64,000 nucleotides of DNA from Nevskiaceae bacterium (GTDB lineage Bacteria; Pseudomonadota; Gammaproteobacteria; Nevskiales; Nevskiaceae): the NCBI GenBank assembly GCA_965216845.1, contig OZ244200.1, forward strand, positions 3,027,368-3,091,367. The letters run 5' to 3'. The notes under the pieces are model-generated. The model did not search any database. It had not been told where the DNA came from and saw only the letters and a list, made by a program, of their open reading frames with translations. How positions within the stretch are numbered: position 1 is the stretch's first letter; every line of letters starts with the position of its first letter. This document shows, piece after piece, positions 12,115-21,239 of the stretch. A program made the translations under genes and the position numbers.

Positions 12115-13014
12115 TTGGGCATGGTTCAGTCTCGCGCACAGATTCCGCCCTTGCTGCAAGCCGCCTACACCCGTCACGGGCATCGCCTGCCGGCGCTGAT
12201 GGAGGTGATTCTGGTCGTTTTGATTGCCGTCAGCCTGGGGCAGCTCGTGTGGCGATTGATTCCAGCGCCACCGTCGGCGCGTTGGCAAGCACCGCCCGCT
12301 GAAAATCAGGCGGGCAAGGCAGGCCAGGATGTGAACGCGCAGGTTCAGCGCATTGTCTCGGCACATTTGTTTGGCCAGCCCAAAGCAACCGAGGAAACCC
12401 AAGCCACCGACCTCAGCGATGCGCCAGACACACGGCTCAATCTCACATTGCTGGGCATTCTGGCGGGCAGCGCCGATGACGGCTCACGCGCGCTGATTGC
12501 AACCTCCAGTGGTGAGGAAAAGCCCTATGCCGTTGGCGACAACATCATTCGCGGCGCCCTGCTGCATTCGATTTTTCCGGACCGGGTGATTCTCAAACGC
12601 GCCGGAAAGCTGGAAACCCTGCGCATCGATCGCGACCGACCGTCCAGCGCCTCGGAGACCGCCTACCGGCGCCCGGCCGCAAACAGGAATCCGAACAGTC
12701 CGGCGGCGCAGCTGTCCAAGGTTCGCCAAACGCTGTTGGCCGACCCCAGCAAAGCCTCCAATTATCTACGTGTGCAACCCGCCAACAGCGGCGGCCAAAT
12801 GCGCGGTTACCGGATTTATCCGGGACGTGATCGCAGCGTATTCACCGCCGCCGGCTTGCGTCCTGGCGATCTCGTCACTCAAGTCAATGGCATACAATTG
12901 AACGACCCCTCCCAAGGCCTGCAGCTGCTGAGCAGCATCGGACAGGCCAGCGCCTTGACCGTCGTGATCGAACGCGGCGGTCAGCAGCAGACGGTGAATA
13001 TCAACTTCAACTGA
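12115..13014 (+). CDS. gspC: Type II secretion system protein C
   Basis: 299 aa with an N-terminal TM (VILVVLIAVSLGQLVW), an HR region and a C-terminal PDZ (GYRIYPGRDRSVFTAAGLRPGDLVTQVNGIQL). It lies immediately upstream of gspD. Confidence 0.8.
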   Translation: MGMVQSRAQIPPLLQAAYTRHGHRLPALMEVILVVLIAVSLGQLVWRLIPAPPSARWQAPPAENQAGKAGQDVNAQVQRIVSAHLFGQPKATEETQATDLSDAPDTRLNLTLLGILAGSADDGSRALIATSSGEEKPYAVGDNIIRGALLHSIFPDRVILKRAGKLETLRIDRDRPSSASETAYRRPAANRNPNSPAAQLSKVRQTLLADPSKASNYLRVQPANSGGQMRGYRIYPGRDRSVFTAAGLRPGDLVTQVNGIQLNDPSQGLQLLSSIGQASALTVVIERGGQQQTVNINFN

Positions 13015-13018
13015 CCGT

Positions 13019-15025
13019 ATGAATCTCACCCCCGCAGGCTGGCGCGCCCATTGGCAGGCCATCACCCGACCGTTCGTATTGCTCATCGGCTTGTTCTGCG
13101 CCAGCGCGCAGGCCGAGGTGACCCTGAACCTCAAGGACGCGGACATCAGCACGCTGATTCAGACCGTGTCCGAAGTCACCGGACGCAACTTCATCATCGA
13201 TCCGCGCGTCAAGGGCAAGGTGACGGTGATCTCCTCCAGCCCCATGGACGAGGACAGCGTCTACGAAACCTTTCTTGCCGTCTTGCAGGTGCAGGGTTTT
13301 GCGGCCATTCCGTCCGGCGGCACGGTCAAGATCGTCCCCGAAACCAATGCGCGACAGGAAGGTTCCAGCTTCTCGGGCACCGCAAGCGATCTGGCCATCG
13401 ACGAAATCGTCACCCACGTCTACAGCATCCAGAACGTATCCGCGGCCCAACTGGTGCCGATCTTGCGTCCGCTGGTTCCGCAGTGGGGCCACCTGGCAGC
13501 CTACGCGCCCAGCAACATGCTGATCATCGCCGACCGCGCCGCCAACGTGCAGCGCATGGCCAATCTGATCCGCAAGATCGATCAATCCGGTGATCGCGGG
13601 ATTGAAATCGTGCGGCTCGAATACGCCACTGCGACGGACGTGGTCAGCACCCTGTCGGCGCTGGCGCAAGGCGGCGGCAAACCACAAAAGGGCGCGCAAC
13701 AGCAGCAGGTGGCGGCCATCGCCGATGAACGCTCCAACGCCGTATTGATCGCCGGTGATCGGGCGGAGCGGCAGAAACTGCTGGAGGTCGTGGCGCAGCT
13801 CGATATCCCGGTCGGCGAGGACGGCGCCACCCAGGTGGTCTATCTGCGTTTTGCGGATGCGGAAAATCTGGCGCCGATTCTCGAAGGCTATGCCGAAGAA
13901 GCGAACAGATCCGGCAAGCGCGCCGGCGCGGGCAAGGCAGCATCGGCCACCAGGAATCAGAGCCAGGCCACGGTGTTGGCAGACAAAGACACCAACGCGC
14001 TGATCATCACCGCACCGCCCAAGACCATGCGCCAGATTCGCGAGGTGATCGCCAAACTGGATATTCGTCGCGCGCAGGTATTGGTGGAAGCGCTGATCGC
14101 CGAGGTCAGCGCCAACAAATCCGCGCAGTTGGGCGTGGACTGGGCGGTGCTGAATGACGAGCGCATCGCCGCCGCCGGCATTCTGGATCCGGACACACTT
14201 TCGGGACTGGCTGCGGCGCTGGCGCCCAACGGCAGCCCCGCCGGCCTGGTCAGCCAGGGCATCAATATCGGCGCCGGTCGCGACCGTGGTGACGGCACCT
14301 CGTTTGCGGTGCTGATCAAGGCGCTGCAAGGCGACGGTGATTCCAACATCCTCTCCACACCCACGCTGGTGACGCTGGACAACGAGGAAGCGGAGATTTC
14401 CGTCGGTCAGGAAGTGCCCTTTCTCACCGGCTCCTTCAGCAATACCGGCGTCAGCAGCAGCACCGCCGGCGTGGTCAATCCGTTTCAGACCATCGAACGA
14501 AAAGACGTGGGCTTGACCCTGGGTATCACCCCGCAGATCAACGAAGGCAACACCATCAAGCTGGAGCTGGAGCTGGAGATCTCCAGCCTGGTCAGCAGCG
14601 CCACCGGCGCGGTGGACCTGATCACCAACAAGCGCACGCTCAACAACACCACCAGCGTCGACGACGGTCAGGTGTTGGTGTTGGGCGGCCTGATCGACGA
14701 CAGCCTGGACGATACCCAACGTGGCGTACCCTTTTTCAGCAGCATTCCGGTGATCGGCTCGCTGTTTCAGTTCCGCTCGATCAACAAGGTCAAGCGCAAT
14801 CTGATGATCTTCATCCGCCCGGCGATCCTGCGCAAGCAGGCCGAAGGCGACATTTTCTCGCGTCGCAAGTATGAATCACTGCGTAGCCTGCAGAGAAGCA
14901 TGGGCAGCACTGCCGTGCCCCTGATTGGTGGCGAACGCATCTTGCTCGCCCCTTACGACCAGTTCGCCGAACGCGGCTCAGGCACGGCCACTGAAGCTGA
15001 GGCTGAGGCCGGAGCGCAGCCCTGA
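13019..15025 (+). CDS. gspD: Type II secretion system secretin GspD
   Basis: 668 aa with a signal peptide, N0-N3 domains (LNLKDADISTLIQTVSEVTGRNFIIDPRVKGKVTV) and a secretin core (ILSTPTLVTLDNEEAEISVGQEVPF...VLVLGGLIDD...VPFFSSIPVIGSLF). Confidence 0.95.
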   Translation: MNLTPAGWRAHWQAITRPFVLLIGLFCASAQAEVTLNLKDADISTLIQTVSEVTGRNFIIDPRVKGKVTVISSSPMDEDSVYETFLAVLQVQGFAAIPSGGTVKIVPETNARQEGSSFSGTASDLAIDEIVTHVYSIQNVSAAQLVPILRPLVPQWGHLAAYAPSNMLIIADRAANVQRMANLIRKIDQSGDRGIEIVRLEYATATDVVSTLSALAQGGGKPQKGAQQQQVAAIADERSNAVLIAGDRAERQKLLEVVAQLDIPVGEDGATQVVYLRFADAENLAPILEGYAEEANRSGKRAGAGKAASATRNQSQATVLADKDTNALIITAPPKTMRQIREVIAKLDIRRAQVLVEALIAEVSANKSAQLGVDWAVLNDERIAAAGILDPDTLSGLAAALAPNGSPAGLVSQGINIGAGRDRGDGTSFAVLIKALQGDGDSNILSTPTLVTLDNEEAEISVGQEVPFLTGSFSNTGVSSSTAGVVNPFQTIERKDVGLTLGITPQINEGNTIKLELELEISSLVSSATGAVDLITNKRTLNNTTSVDDGQVLVLGGLIDDSLDDTQRGVPFFSSIPVIGSLFQFRSINKVKRNLMIFIRPAILRKQAEGDIFSRRKYESLRSLQRSMGSTAVPLIGGERILLAPYDQFAERGSGTATEAEAEAGAQP

Positions 15026-15033
15026 CATCAACG

Positions 15034-16524
15034 ATGGATAGCTTGAGGCGTCCCTCGTTCGCCTTCGCCAAACGGCATGGCCTGGTGGTGGCCGAAGATC
15101 GGGGCGACCACGTGCTGGTGATGGGCCGCAAAGGCAGCGCCACCGCCGAGGCGGTGCAGGAAACGCGGCGCTTTGTGGGACGCCCGCTGCGTCTGGAACT
15201 GGTCGAAGCGCAGCGCTTCGACGCGGTCTTGTCACGCACCTATGAAGGTCAGACCGGCGCCGCCGCCAGCCTGATGGACGGGCTGGACGACGAGGAGGCC
15301 GATCTCGACGCCATTGCCCTGGCCTTGCAGGAAAATCAGGACCTGCTCGAATCCAGCGATGATGCGCCGGTCATCAAGTTCATCAACGGTCTGCTGATCG
15401 AGGCCATCCGCGAGAACGCCTCGGATATCCATGTGGAAGCGTTTGAGCGCAGCCTGCTGGTCCGCTTTCGGGTGGACGGGGTCTTGCGCGAGGTCATGAG
15501 CCCGCCGCGTGCGCTGGCCGCAAGGCTGGTGTCACGCATCAAGGTGATGGCCAAACTGGATATCGCAGAAAAACGCCTGCCGCAGGACGGTCGCATCTCG
15601 CGCGCCTTCGGCGGCCGTCAGGTGGATGTGCGCGTTTCCACCATCCCCACCGGCCAGAGCAGCGAACGGGTGGTGATGCGGATTCTGGACAAGCAGGCCG
15701 AGCGGCTGGATCTGGAACACCTGGGGCTGGATGCCAGCCAGATCGAAATCCTGCGCCGCATCATCTTTCGGCCCTACGGCATCCTGCTGGTCACCGGCCC
15801 CACCGGCTCGGGCAAGACCACCACGCTTTACTCGGCGCTGTCGGTGCTCAACGACCGCAGCCGCAACATCATGACGGTGGAAGACCCGATCGAGTACAAC
15901 ATCGACGGCGTCGGTCAAACCCAGGTCAACGCCAAGGTCAACATGACGTTTGCGCGCGGTCTGCGTGCCATCCTGCGGCAAGATCCCGACGCGGTGATGG
16001 TGGGTGAAATCCGCGACCTGGAAACCGCGCAGATTGCGGTGCAAGCCTCACAGACCGGCCACCTGGTGTTGTCCACCCTGCACACCAATACCGCCGCCGG
16101 CGCCGTCACCCGGTTGCGCGACATGGGCGTGGAACCCTACCAACTGTCTTCATCGCTGGTCGGGTTGATGGCGCAACGCCTGGTGCGCACCTTGTGCAAG
16201 CATTGCAAGGAACCTTACGCGCCCAGCGTTGTGGAATGCGAGCAATTGGGGCTGCCGCCGGATTCGGGTGCCAGCACGCAGTTGTATCGGCCGGTGGGGT
16301 GTCCGCAATGCCGTCATACCGGCTTTGCCGGTCGCAGCGGCATTCATGAAATCATCGAAGTGGATCGGCAGATCGAAACCCTGATTCACGACGGCGCCAG
16401 CGAACAGGCGATCGAGAACTACGCGCGCACCCGCGGCCCCGGCATTCTTGATTCCGGGCGACGAAAAGTCATTGCCGGTCACACTACGCTGCGTGAAGTG
16501 CTGCGCGTGACGATCGAGGAATGA
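15034..16524 (+). CDS. gspE: Type II secretion system ATPase GspE
   Basis: 496 aa with Walker A (GPTGSGKTTTLY), an Asp box, Walker B (IMVGEIRDLETA), a His box (GHLVLSTLHTN) and a tetracysteine motif (CKHC...CPQC). Confidence 0.97.
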   Translation: MDSLRRPSFAFAKRHGLVVAEDRGDHVLVMGRKGSATAEAVQETRRFVGRPLRLELVEAQRFDAVLSRTYEGQTGAAASLMDGLDDEEADLDAIALALQENQDLLESSDDAPVIKFINGLLIEAIRENASDIHVEAFERSLLVRFRVDGVLREVMSPPRALAARLVSRIKVMAKLDIAEKRLPQDGRISRAFGGRQVDVRVSTIPTGQSSERVVMRILDKQAERLDLEHLGLDASQIEILRRIIFRPYGILLVTGPTGSGKTTTLYSALSVLNDRSRNIMTVEDPIEYNIDGVGQTQVNAKVNMTFARGLRAILRQDPDAVMVGEIRDLETAQIAVQASQTGHLVLSTLHTNTAAGAVTRLRDMGVEPYQLSSSLVGLMAQRLVRTLCKHCKEPYAPSVVECEQLGLPPDSGASTQLYRPVGCPQCRHTGFAGRSGIHEIIEVDRQIETLIHDGASEQAIENYARTRGPGILDSGRRKVIAGHTTLREVLRVTIEE

Positions 16525-16539
16525 GGAACAGCAGCCTCC

Positions 16540-17760
16540 ATGCCCGCCTTTGAATACAGCGCGCTCGACAAAAAAGGGCGCGAGGAAAAAGGCCTGATCG
16601 AGGGCGATACCGCGCGCCACGCGCGGTCCTTGTTGCGCGATCGCGGTCTCAACCCGCTGCAGATGAAAGCGGTGGCGGAGCGCAACCAGGAAGATGGCGG
16701 CAGCTTCCTGCAACGCGGACGTGGCAGCCTCAGCACCACCGAACTGACCCTGTTCACGCGTCAGCTTTCCACCCTGGTGCGTTCCGGCCTGCCGCTGGAC
16801 GAAGCACTGACCGCCGTTTCACAACAGAGCGAGTCCAAACGGGTCAAGAAAATCGCGTTGGGCGTGCGCAGCGGCGTCATGGAAGGCGCCAGTCTGGCGC
16901 AGTCGCTCAATCAGTTTCCCAATGCCTTTCCTGCCCTGTTCCGCGCCACGGTGCAAGCCGGCGAACAGTCCGGCAAGCTGGACCTGATTCTGGAGCGCCT
17001 GGCCGAATACGTTGAAAGACGCCAGGCGATGCAGCAAAAAGTGGTTCTGGCGGCGGTTTATCCGGTGATTCTGTCGCTGGTGGCGATCGGCGTGGTGGTG
17101 ATGCTGCTGGCCTACGTGGTGCCGCAAGTGGTAGGCGTGTATTCGGATATTGATACCGAGCTGCCCGGCCTCACCATCGGTTTGATTGCGATGAGCGATT
17201 TTCTGCGCGCCTGGGGCGTTTATCTGGCGGTGGCCGGCGTGCTGGCCGCGCTGGGCTTTTCGCGCATGATGAAGAATGACGGCTTTCGACGTCAGGTGCA
17301 TCAGAATCAGCTGCGCATCCCACTCATTGGGCGCCTGGTGCGCGGCGCCAATACCGGCCGCTTCACCCGCACGCTGGGCATTCTGTTTGGCAGCGGCGTA
17401 CCCATTCTCGAGGCCATGCGCATCGGCACCGAGGTGGTTTCCAATGCGCCCATGCGCGAGGCGATTGAAGCCGCCACCATCAAGGTGCGCGAAGGCGGCT
17501 CGCTGGCGCGCTCGCTGGATCAATCCAAGCTGTTTCCGCCCATCGCCATTCACCTGATCGCCAGCGGTGAGTCTTCCGGCACCCTGGATGAGATGCTGGA
17601 CCGCGCCGCGGAAAATCAGGAACGCGAAGTGGAAACGCTGGTGGCGGCATTGATGGGTGTTTTCGAACCCATTCTCATTCTGGTCATGGGCGGCCTGGTG
17701 TTGCTGATCGTGTTGGCGATTCTGCTGCCCATTTTTGACCTGAACCTGTTGGTCAAATAA
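16540..17760 (+). CDS. gspF: Type II secretion system inner-membrane platform protein GspF
   Basis: 406 aa (MPAFEYSALDKKGREEKGLIEGDTARHARSLLRDRGLNPL) with duplicated GspF domains and 3 TM segments. Confidence 0.95.
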   Translation: MPAFEYSALDKKGREEKGLIEGDTARHARSLLRDRGLNPLQMKAVAERNQEDGGSFLQRGRGSLSTTELTLFTRQLSTLVRSGLPLDEALTAVSQQSESKRVKKIALGVRSGVMEGASLAQSLNQFPNAFPALFRATVQAGEQSGKLDLILERLAEYVERRQAMQQKVVLAAVYPVILSLVAIGVVVMLLAYVVPQVVGVYSDIDTELPGLTIGLIAMSDFLRAWGVYLAVAGVLAALGFSRMMKNDGFRRQVHQNQLRIPLIGRLVRGANTGRFTRTLGILFGSGVPILEAMRIGTEVVSNAPMREAIEAATIKVREGGSLARSLDQSKLFPPIAIHLIASGESSGTLDEMLDRAAENQEREVETLVAALMGVFEPILILVMGGLVLLIVLAILLPIFDLNLLVK

Positions 17761-17768
17761 GCGCGGAT

Positions 17769-18770
17769 TTAAGCATCCGCCAGCAATTGCGTTACTCGCT
17801 CCGGCACCCGCTCCCGCACTTCACGAATGCCCACCTCAATGGCGCGCGCGAACGCCACCGCATCCGCGCTGCCATGGGATTTGATGACCGTCCCGTTCAA
17901 GCCCAGGAGCGTCGCACCATTGTGTTCGCGCGGGTCGATGCGTCTGGCAAGCGCCTTCAGACTGCGCAGCGCGGTCAACGCGGTCAACTTCCTGATCCAG
18001 CTGCGACCGAACTCCTGGCGCATGAACTGACCGATCATCCTGGCCGCGCCCTCGCCGGTCTTGAGTGCGACATTGCCGGCAAAACCATCACAGACCACCA
18101 GGTCAACATCCGACAGAAAGATGCCGTCACCCTCCACATAGCCGACGTAATTCAGATGCGAGGCCTGCAACAGCGACGCCGCCTGCTTGATGGTTTCATT
18201 GCCCTTGATTTCTTCGGAGCCAATATTCAGCAAGGCGATACTGGGCTTGTCGACGCCTTGCATTGCGGTGATCAGCGCCGAACCCATCACCGCGAACTGG
18301 AATAGTTGTTCGGGCGTACTGTCCACGTTGGCGCCCAGATCCAGCATGTGCACCTGGCCGCGAACCGCCGGAATCGGTGACACGATGGCCGGGCGATCAA
18401 TCCCCGGCAGGGTTTTCAGCACAAAGCGCGCGGTGGCCATCAGTGCGCCGGTATTGCCCGCAGAAATCACCGCCTCGACCCGTCCCTGCTTGAGCAGATC
18501 GACAGCCACGCGCATGGACGAATCCTTCTTCTGCCGCAGGGCCTTGGACGGCAATTCATCCATCGCCACCACTTCGGAGGCGTGCTGGACCTTCAAGCGC
18601 TGACTGTACACCTCCGAATGTGTTTTCAGGCTTGCGTTGAGGACGGTCTCGTCACCGACCAGGATCAGCTCCAGGTCGTCGTGCGCCTGCAAACAGGAAA
18701 GCGCCGCGCGCACGGTGACCGGCGTCCCGTGGTCGCCGCTCATCGCGTCAATGGCAAGCTTCACGGGCAC
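17769..18770 (-). CDS. plsX: Phosphate acyltransferase PlsX
   Basis: 333 aa (IAIDAMSGDHGTPVTV...SAGNTGALMA...GANVDS...DGFAGNVALKTGEG), downstream of rpmF as in most bacteria. Confidence 0.95.
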   Translation of the reverse strand: MPVKLAIDAMSGDHGTPVTVRAALSCLQAHDDLELILVGDETVLNASLKTHSEVYSQRLKVQHASEVVAMDELPSKALRQKKDSSMRVAVDLLKQGRVEAVISAGNTGALMATARFVLKTLPGIDRPAIVSPIPAVRGQVHMLDLGANVDSTPEQLFQFAVMGSALITAMQGVDKPSIALLNIGSEEIKGNETIKQAASLLQASHLNYVGYVEGDGIFLSDVDLVVCDGFAGNVALKTGEGAARMIGQFMRQEFGRSWIRKLTALTALRSLKALARRIDPREHNGATLLGLNGTVIKSHGSADAVAFARAIEVGIREVRERVPERVTQLLADA

Positions 18771-18788
18771 AGCCAGTACCCGGCGGCT

Positions 18789-18986
18789 TTATTCGTCGCT
18801 GTCGTCTTCAACCACCGGCTGTTCGATCACGCGACGGCCGCGGTAGTAGCCGTCAGCGGTGACGTGGTGTCGCAGGTGGGTCTCGCCGGAGGTCGGGTCG
18901 GTCGACAGCGCCGGCGCCTTGAGCGCGTCGTGCGAACGTCGGTGGCCACGCATCGCGCGGGATTTCTTGGATTGGGCAACTGCCAT
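18789..18986 (-). CDS. rpmF: 50S ribosomal protein L32
   Basis: 65 aa ([23 protein letters not shown]...) in the yceD-rpmF-plsX arrangement. Confidence 0.95.
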   Translation of the reverse strand: MAVAQSKKSRAMRGHRRSHDALKAPALSTDPTSGETHLRHHVTADGYYRGRRVIEQPVVEDDSDE

Positions 18987-19024
18987 GGTAAGGATCCTCG
19001 TTCAAGCAACAGGGGCGCAATGCC

Positions 19025-19516
19025 CTAATCAAATTTCAAACTTTTCAGTACCGCAAACGGTGACGATGATTCCGGGTCCGTGTTGGCTTCCATCGTTTCA
19101 GCGGCGATCTTGTCACATGTCGCGCAGCGCGCAATCATCGGCAGGGCCAGCAGAATCTCGTCTTCCAGTAATGGGTGAATATCGATGTGGTCGTCTTCGA
19201 CCAGATAGGGTTCAGACTCGGAAAGGTGGCGTTTTTCTTCGGATTCGGTTCTGACCAGCCGCAGGCGGTGCGATAATTTCAGGGGCCAACCGAATGCCTG
19301 CTCGCAGCTGCTGCAATCGAGCGTCAATTCGCCCCTGCTGTGTCCCCACAGCCAGTCTCCAGCGGCCTGTTCGAACGTCAATTCATAGGATACGGGTTGC
19401 GCAAAGCGGATACCGAGTCCCGCCAGGCGCGGCGCGGCGGTCATCTGTAGCTGCCCTTGAACGCGTTGTTTCCGCGCCAAGGCCTGCGAAACACAAATCC
19501 TTGAAATCTGAGGCAT
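19025..19516 (-). CDS. yceD: DUF177 / large-subunit rRNA accumulation protein YceD
   Basis: 163 aa with an acidic C-terminal half containing paired Cys motifs (CSSC...CATC), sitting upstream of rpmF. Confidence 0.85.
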   Translation of the reverse strand: MPQISRICVSQALARKQRVQGQLQMTAAPRLAGLGIRFAQPVSYELTFEQAAGDWLWGHSRGELTLDCSSCEQAFGWPLKLSHRLRLVRTESEEKRHLSESEPYLVEDDHIDIHPLLEDEILLALPMIARCATCDKIAAETMEANTDPESSSPFAVLKSLKFD

Positions 19517-19626
19517 GGCCGCATAAAAATCGGCGGCGGATCATAAAATCAGAAGCGCGGATTGTCAAAGTCCGGCACTCAACTGTCGTAAGCTTTTCAA
19601 GCCCTTATTCGATACGCTGACCGCAA

Positions 19627-20205
19627 ATGTCGCAACTGATCCTGGCATCTGGCTCCCGTTTTCGCGCATCGCTGCTCGAACGCCTGCGCTTGCCGTTCGA
19701 ACAAATCCCGACCGGCGTTGACGAACGTGTCCGCCCCGGAGAGATGGCGTCAGCGCTCGCAACGCGCCTGGCGCAGGCAAAAGCCGCAAGCCTGGCCGCG
19801 CAAAGGCCCGGGGCCTGGATTCTCGGGTCAGACCAGACCGCCGCCTGCGGTACGCGGATTCTTGGCAAGCCCGGCACAGCCGAGAAGGCGATTGAGCAGC
19901 TCGGCTTCATGCAGGGGCATGAGGTGCAATTCTTCACCGCCGTATGCCTGCTGAACAAGGCGTCCGAAACCACGCTAAGCCATCTGGACCGGACCAGCGT
20001 CAAGCTTCGCGCACTCGGCGTTGGAGAAATTCGCCGCTACGTGGCCACCGAAGACGTACTGGATTGCGCCGGCAGCTTCCGTTGCGAAGGTTTGGGCATC
20101 AGCCTTTTCGAACAGATCAGCAGCAAAGACCCAACCGCCTTGATTGGCCTGCCGCTGATCGAAACCAGCCGCCTGCTGCGATCAGCCGGCTTTACCCTGC
20201 CCTGA
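19627..20205 (+). CDS. maf: Maf-like nucleoside triphosphate pyrophosphatase (YceF-type)
   Basis: 192 aa with LILASGSRFRASLLERL...ILGSDQ...GKPGTAEKA...DCAGSFRCEGLGISLFE...DPTALIGLPL. Confidence 0.9.
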   Translation: MSQLILASGSRFRASLLERLRLPFEQIPTGVDERVRPGEMASALATRLAQAKAASLAAQRPGAWILGSDQTAACGTRILGKPGTAEKAIEQLGFMQGHEVQFFTAVCLLNKASETTLSHLDRTSVKLRALGVGEIRRYVATEDVLDCAGSFRCEGLGISLFEQISSKDPTALIGLPLIETSRLLRSAGFTLP

Positions 20206-20222
20206 CACCACCTCCCCCGACC

Positions 20223-21035
20223 TCAGGCGATGACAACGGCGTCGTAACCCTTTTCGCGCAACAACAGCGCGGCCAATCTGGGAGACAAGGCATCATCGCC
20301 GACGCAGAAATATCTGGCGCGCGGCAGGTTCCACAGACGCGCCCGCAAGGTGAAGAAGGGCATGTTCATCGTGCCGGCACGCTGCCGTGCCTGCGCACGG
20401 CTTGGCAAACCCACATCGATCACGCGCCCGATGCCCTGGCCCACGGCTTGATCGGCTTGCGCCTGCGTGACGGTGACGGACAGGGGGTCGACCAGATACG
20501 CCATGAATTTCTCGGCCGGCAGGCGCATCAAGCGACCGTCGCTGAGCATTCGCACGGTTGTCTGGCGCTGGCTGCCGCTCAACAACGCGTCCTCACCGAA
20601 GAATTCTCCGGCGGCGACCCCGCCCACGCCCAGCGGCAATTCACCAATGCGTTCACGCAGGATCGTTGCGCAGCCCTCGACCATGACGAACACCGAGTGC
20701 GCCGCCTTGCCCTGCTGCAACACCGATTCTTCCGCCCGAACCCGCCGGAAGGTCATGGAATGCAATACCCCGCGCAAGCTGTCCGGCGGCAGATTGCGGA
20801 AGATGCGACTGCCCGAGAGCAGCGAATGCCACTCCTCCGGCCGCTCACCGTCCTCGGGCTCAAACTCCAACACCTCGGCGGTGGGAATTTCGGGTGCGAA
20901 AAGCTGCGCCCGATCCAGCACCCGACTGGAACCAAGGCTTGCGCTGGAACCCGCAGCAGGCGCCGCAAATGAGGCTTCTCCACCATTGGGTTTCTCGTGC
21001 AACGAGAACCCGGATTTTTCGAATGCCTGCATCAA
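20223..21035 (-). CDS. Cyclic-nucleotide-binding domain protein with a C-terminal rhodanese-like domain and no DNA-binding domain
   Basis: 270 aa. After about 75 low-complexity residues comes a cNMP-binding fold (FRNLPPDSL...VFVMVEGCATIL...AGEFFGEDALLSGSQRQTTVRMLSDGRLMRLP). The C-terminal region (VIDVGLP...YFCVGDDALSPRLAALLLREKGYDAVVI) resembles a rhodanese/Cdc25 fold with one Cys. Confidence 0.7.
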   Translation of the reverse strand: MMQAFEKSGFSLHEKPNGGEASFAAPAAGSSASLGSSRVLDRAQLFAPEIPTAEVLEFEPEDGERPEEWHSLLSGSRIFRNLPPDSLRGVLHSMTFRRVRAEESVLQQGKAAHSVFVMVEGCATILRERIGELPLGVGGVAAGEFFGEDALLSGSQRQTTVRMLSDGRLMRLPAEKFMAYLVDPLSVTVTQAQADQAVGQGIGRVIDVGLPSRAQARQRAGTMNMPFFTLRARLWNLPRARYFCVGDDALSPRLAALLLREKGYDAVVIA

Positions 21036-21118
21036 TTGCCTACCCGTATACCCCCAAGCCGATCGCGCCTGTCATGAAGAGACACAACATTAGCTTAGGG
21101 GCGACGAGCATGGAAATA

Positions 21119-21164
21119 CGTGACGCAGTTCACAGTTGACGCCCAATATGTGAACTGCGTCACA
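21119..21164. promoter_or_regulatory. Two CRP/Vfr-type boxes forming a 15-bp perfect inverted repeat; alternatively a terminator hairpin
   Basis: 21149-21164 (tgtgaactgcgtcaca) equals TGTGA-N6-TCACA at 10/10. 21119-21134 (cgtgacgcagttcaca) matches 9/10. Their centres are 30 bp apart, and they lie 84-130 bp upstream of the 21035 start codon. Confidence 0.5.
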
Positions 21165-21239
21165 CTTTCGTCGACAGCCCTGCAGCCGGTGGGTGAGTTT
21201 GCGGTCGGTCTTGCGACTTTGATCGCGCCGGATACGAAC

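Noticed and set aside
12115-17760. The type II secretion genes as the novel system.
   Set aside because: GspC, D, E and F are textbook. Only the truncation and synteny break are noteworthy.
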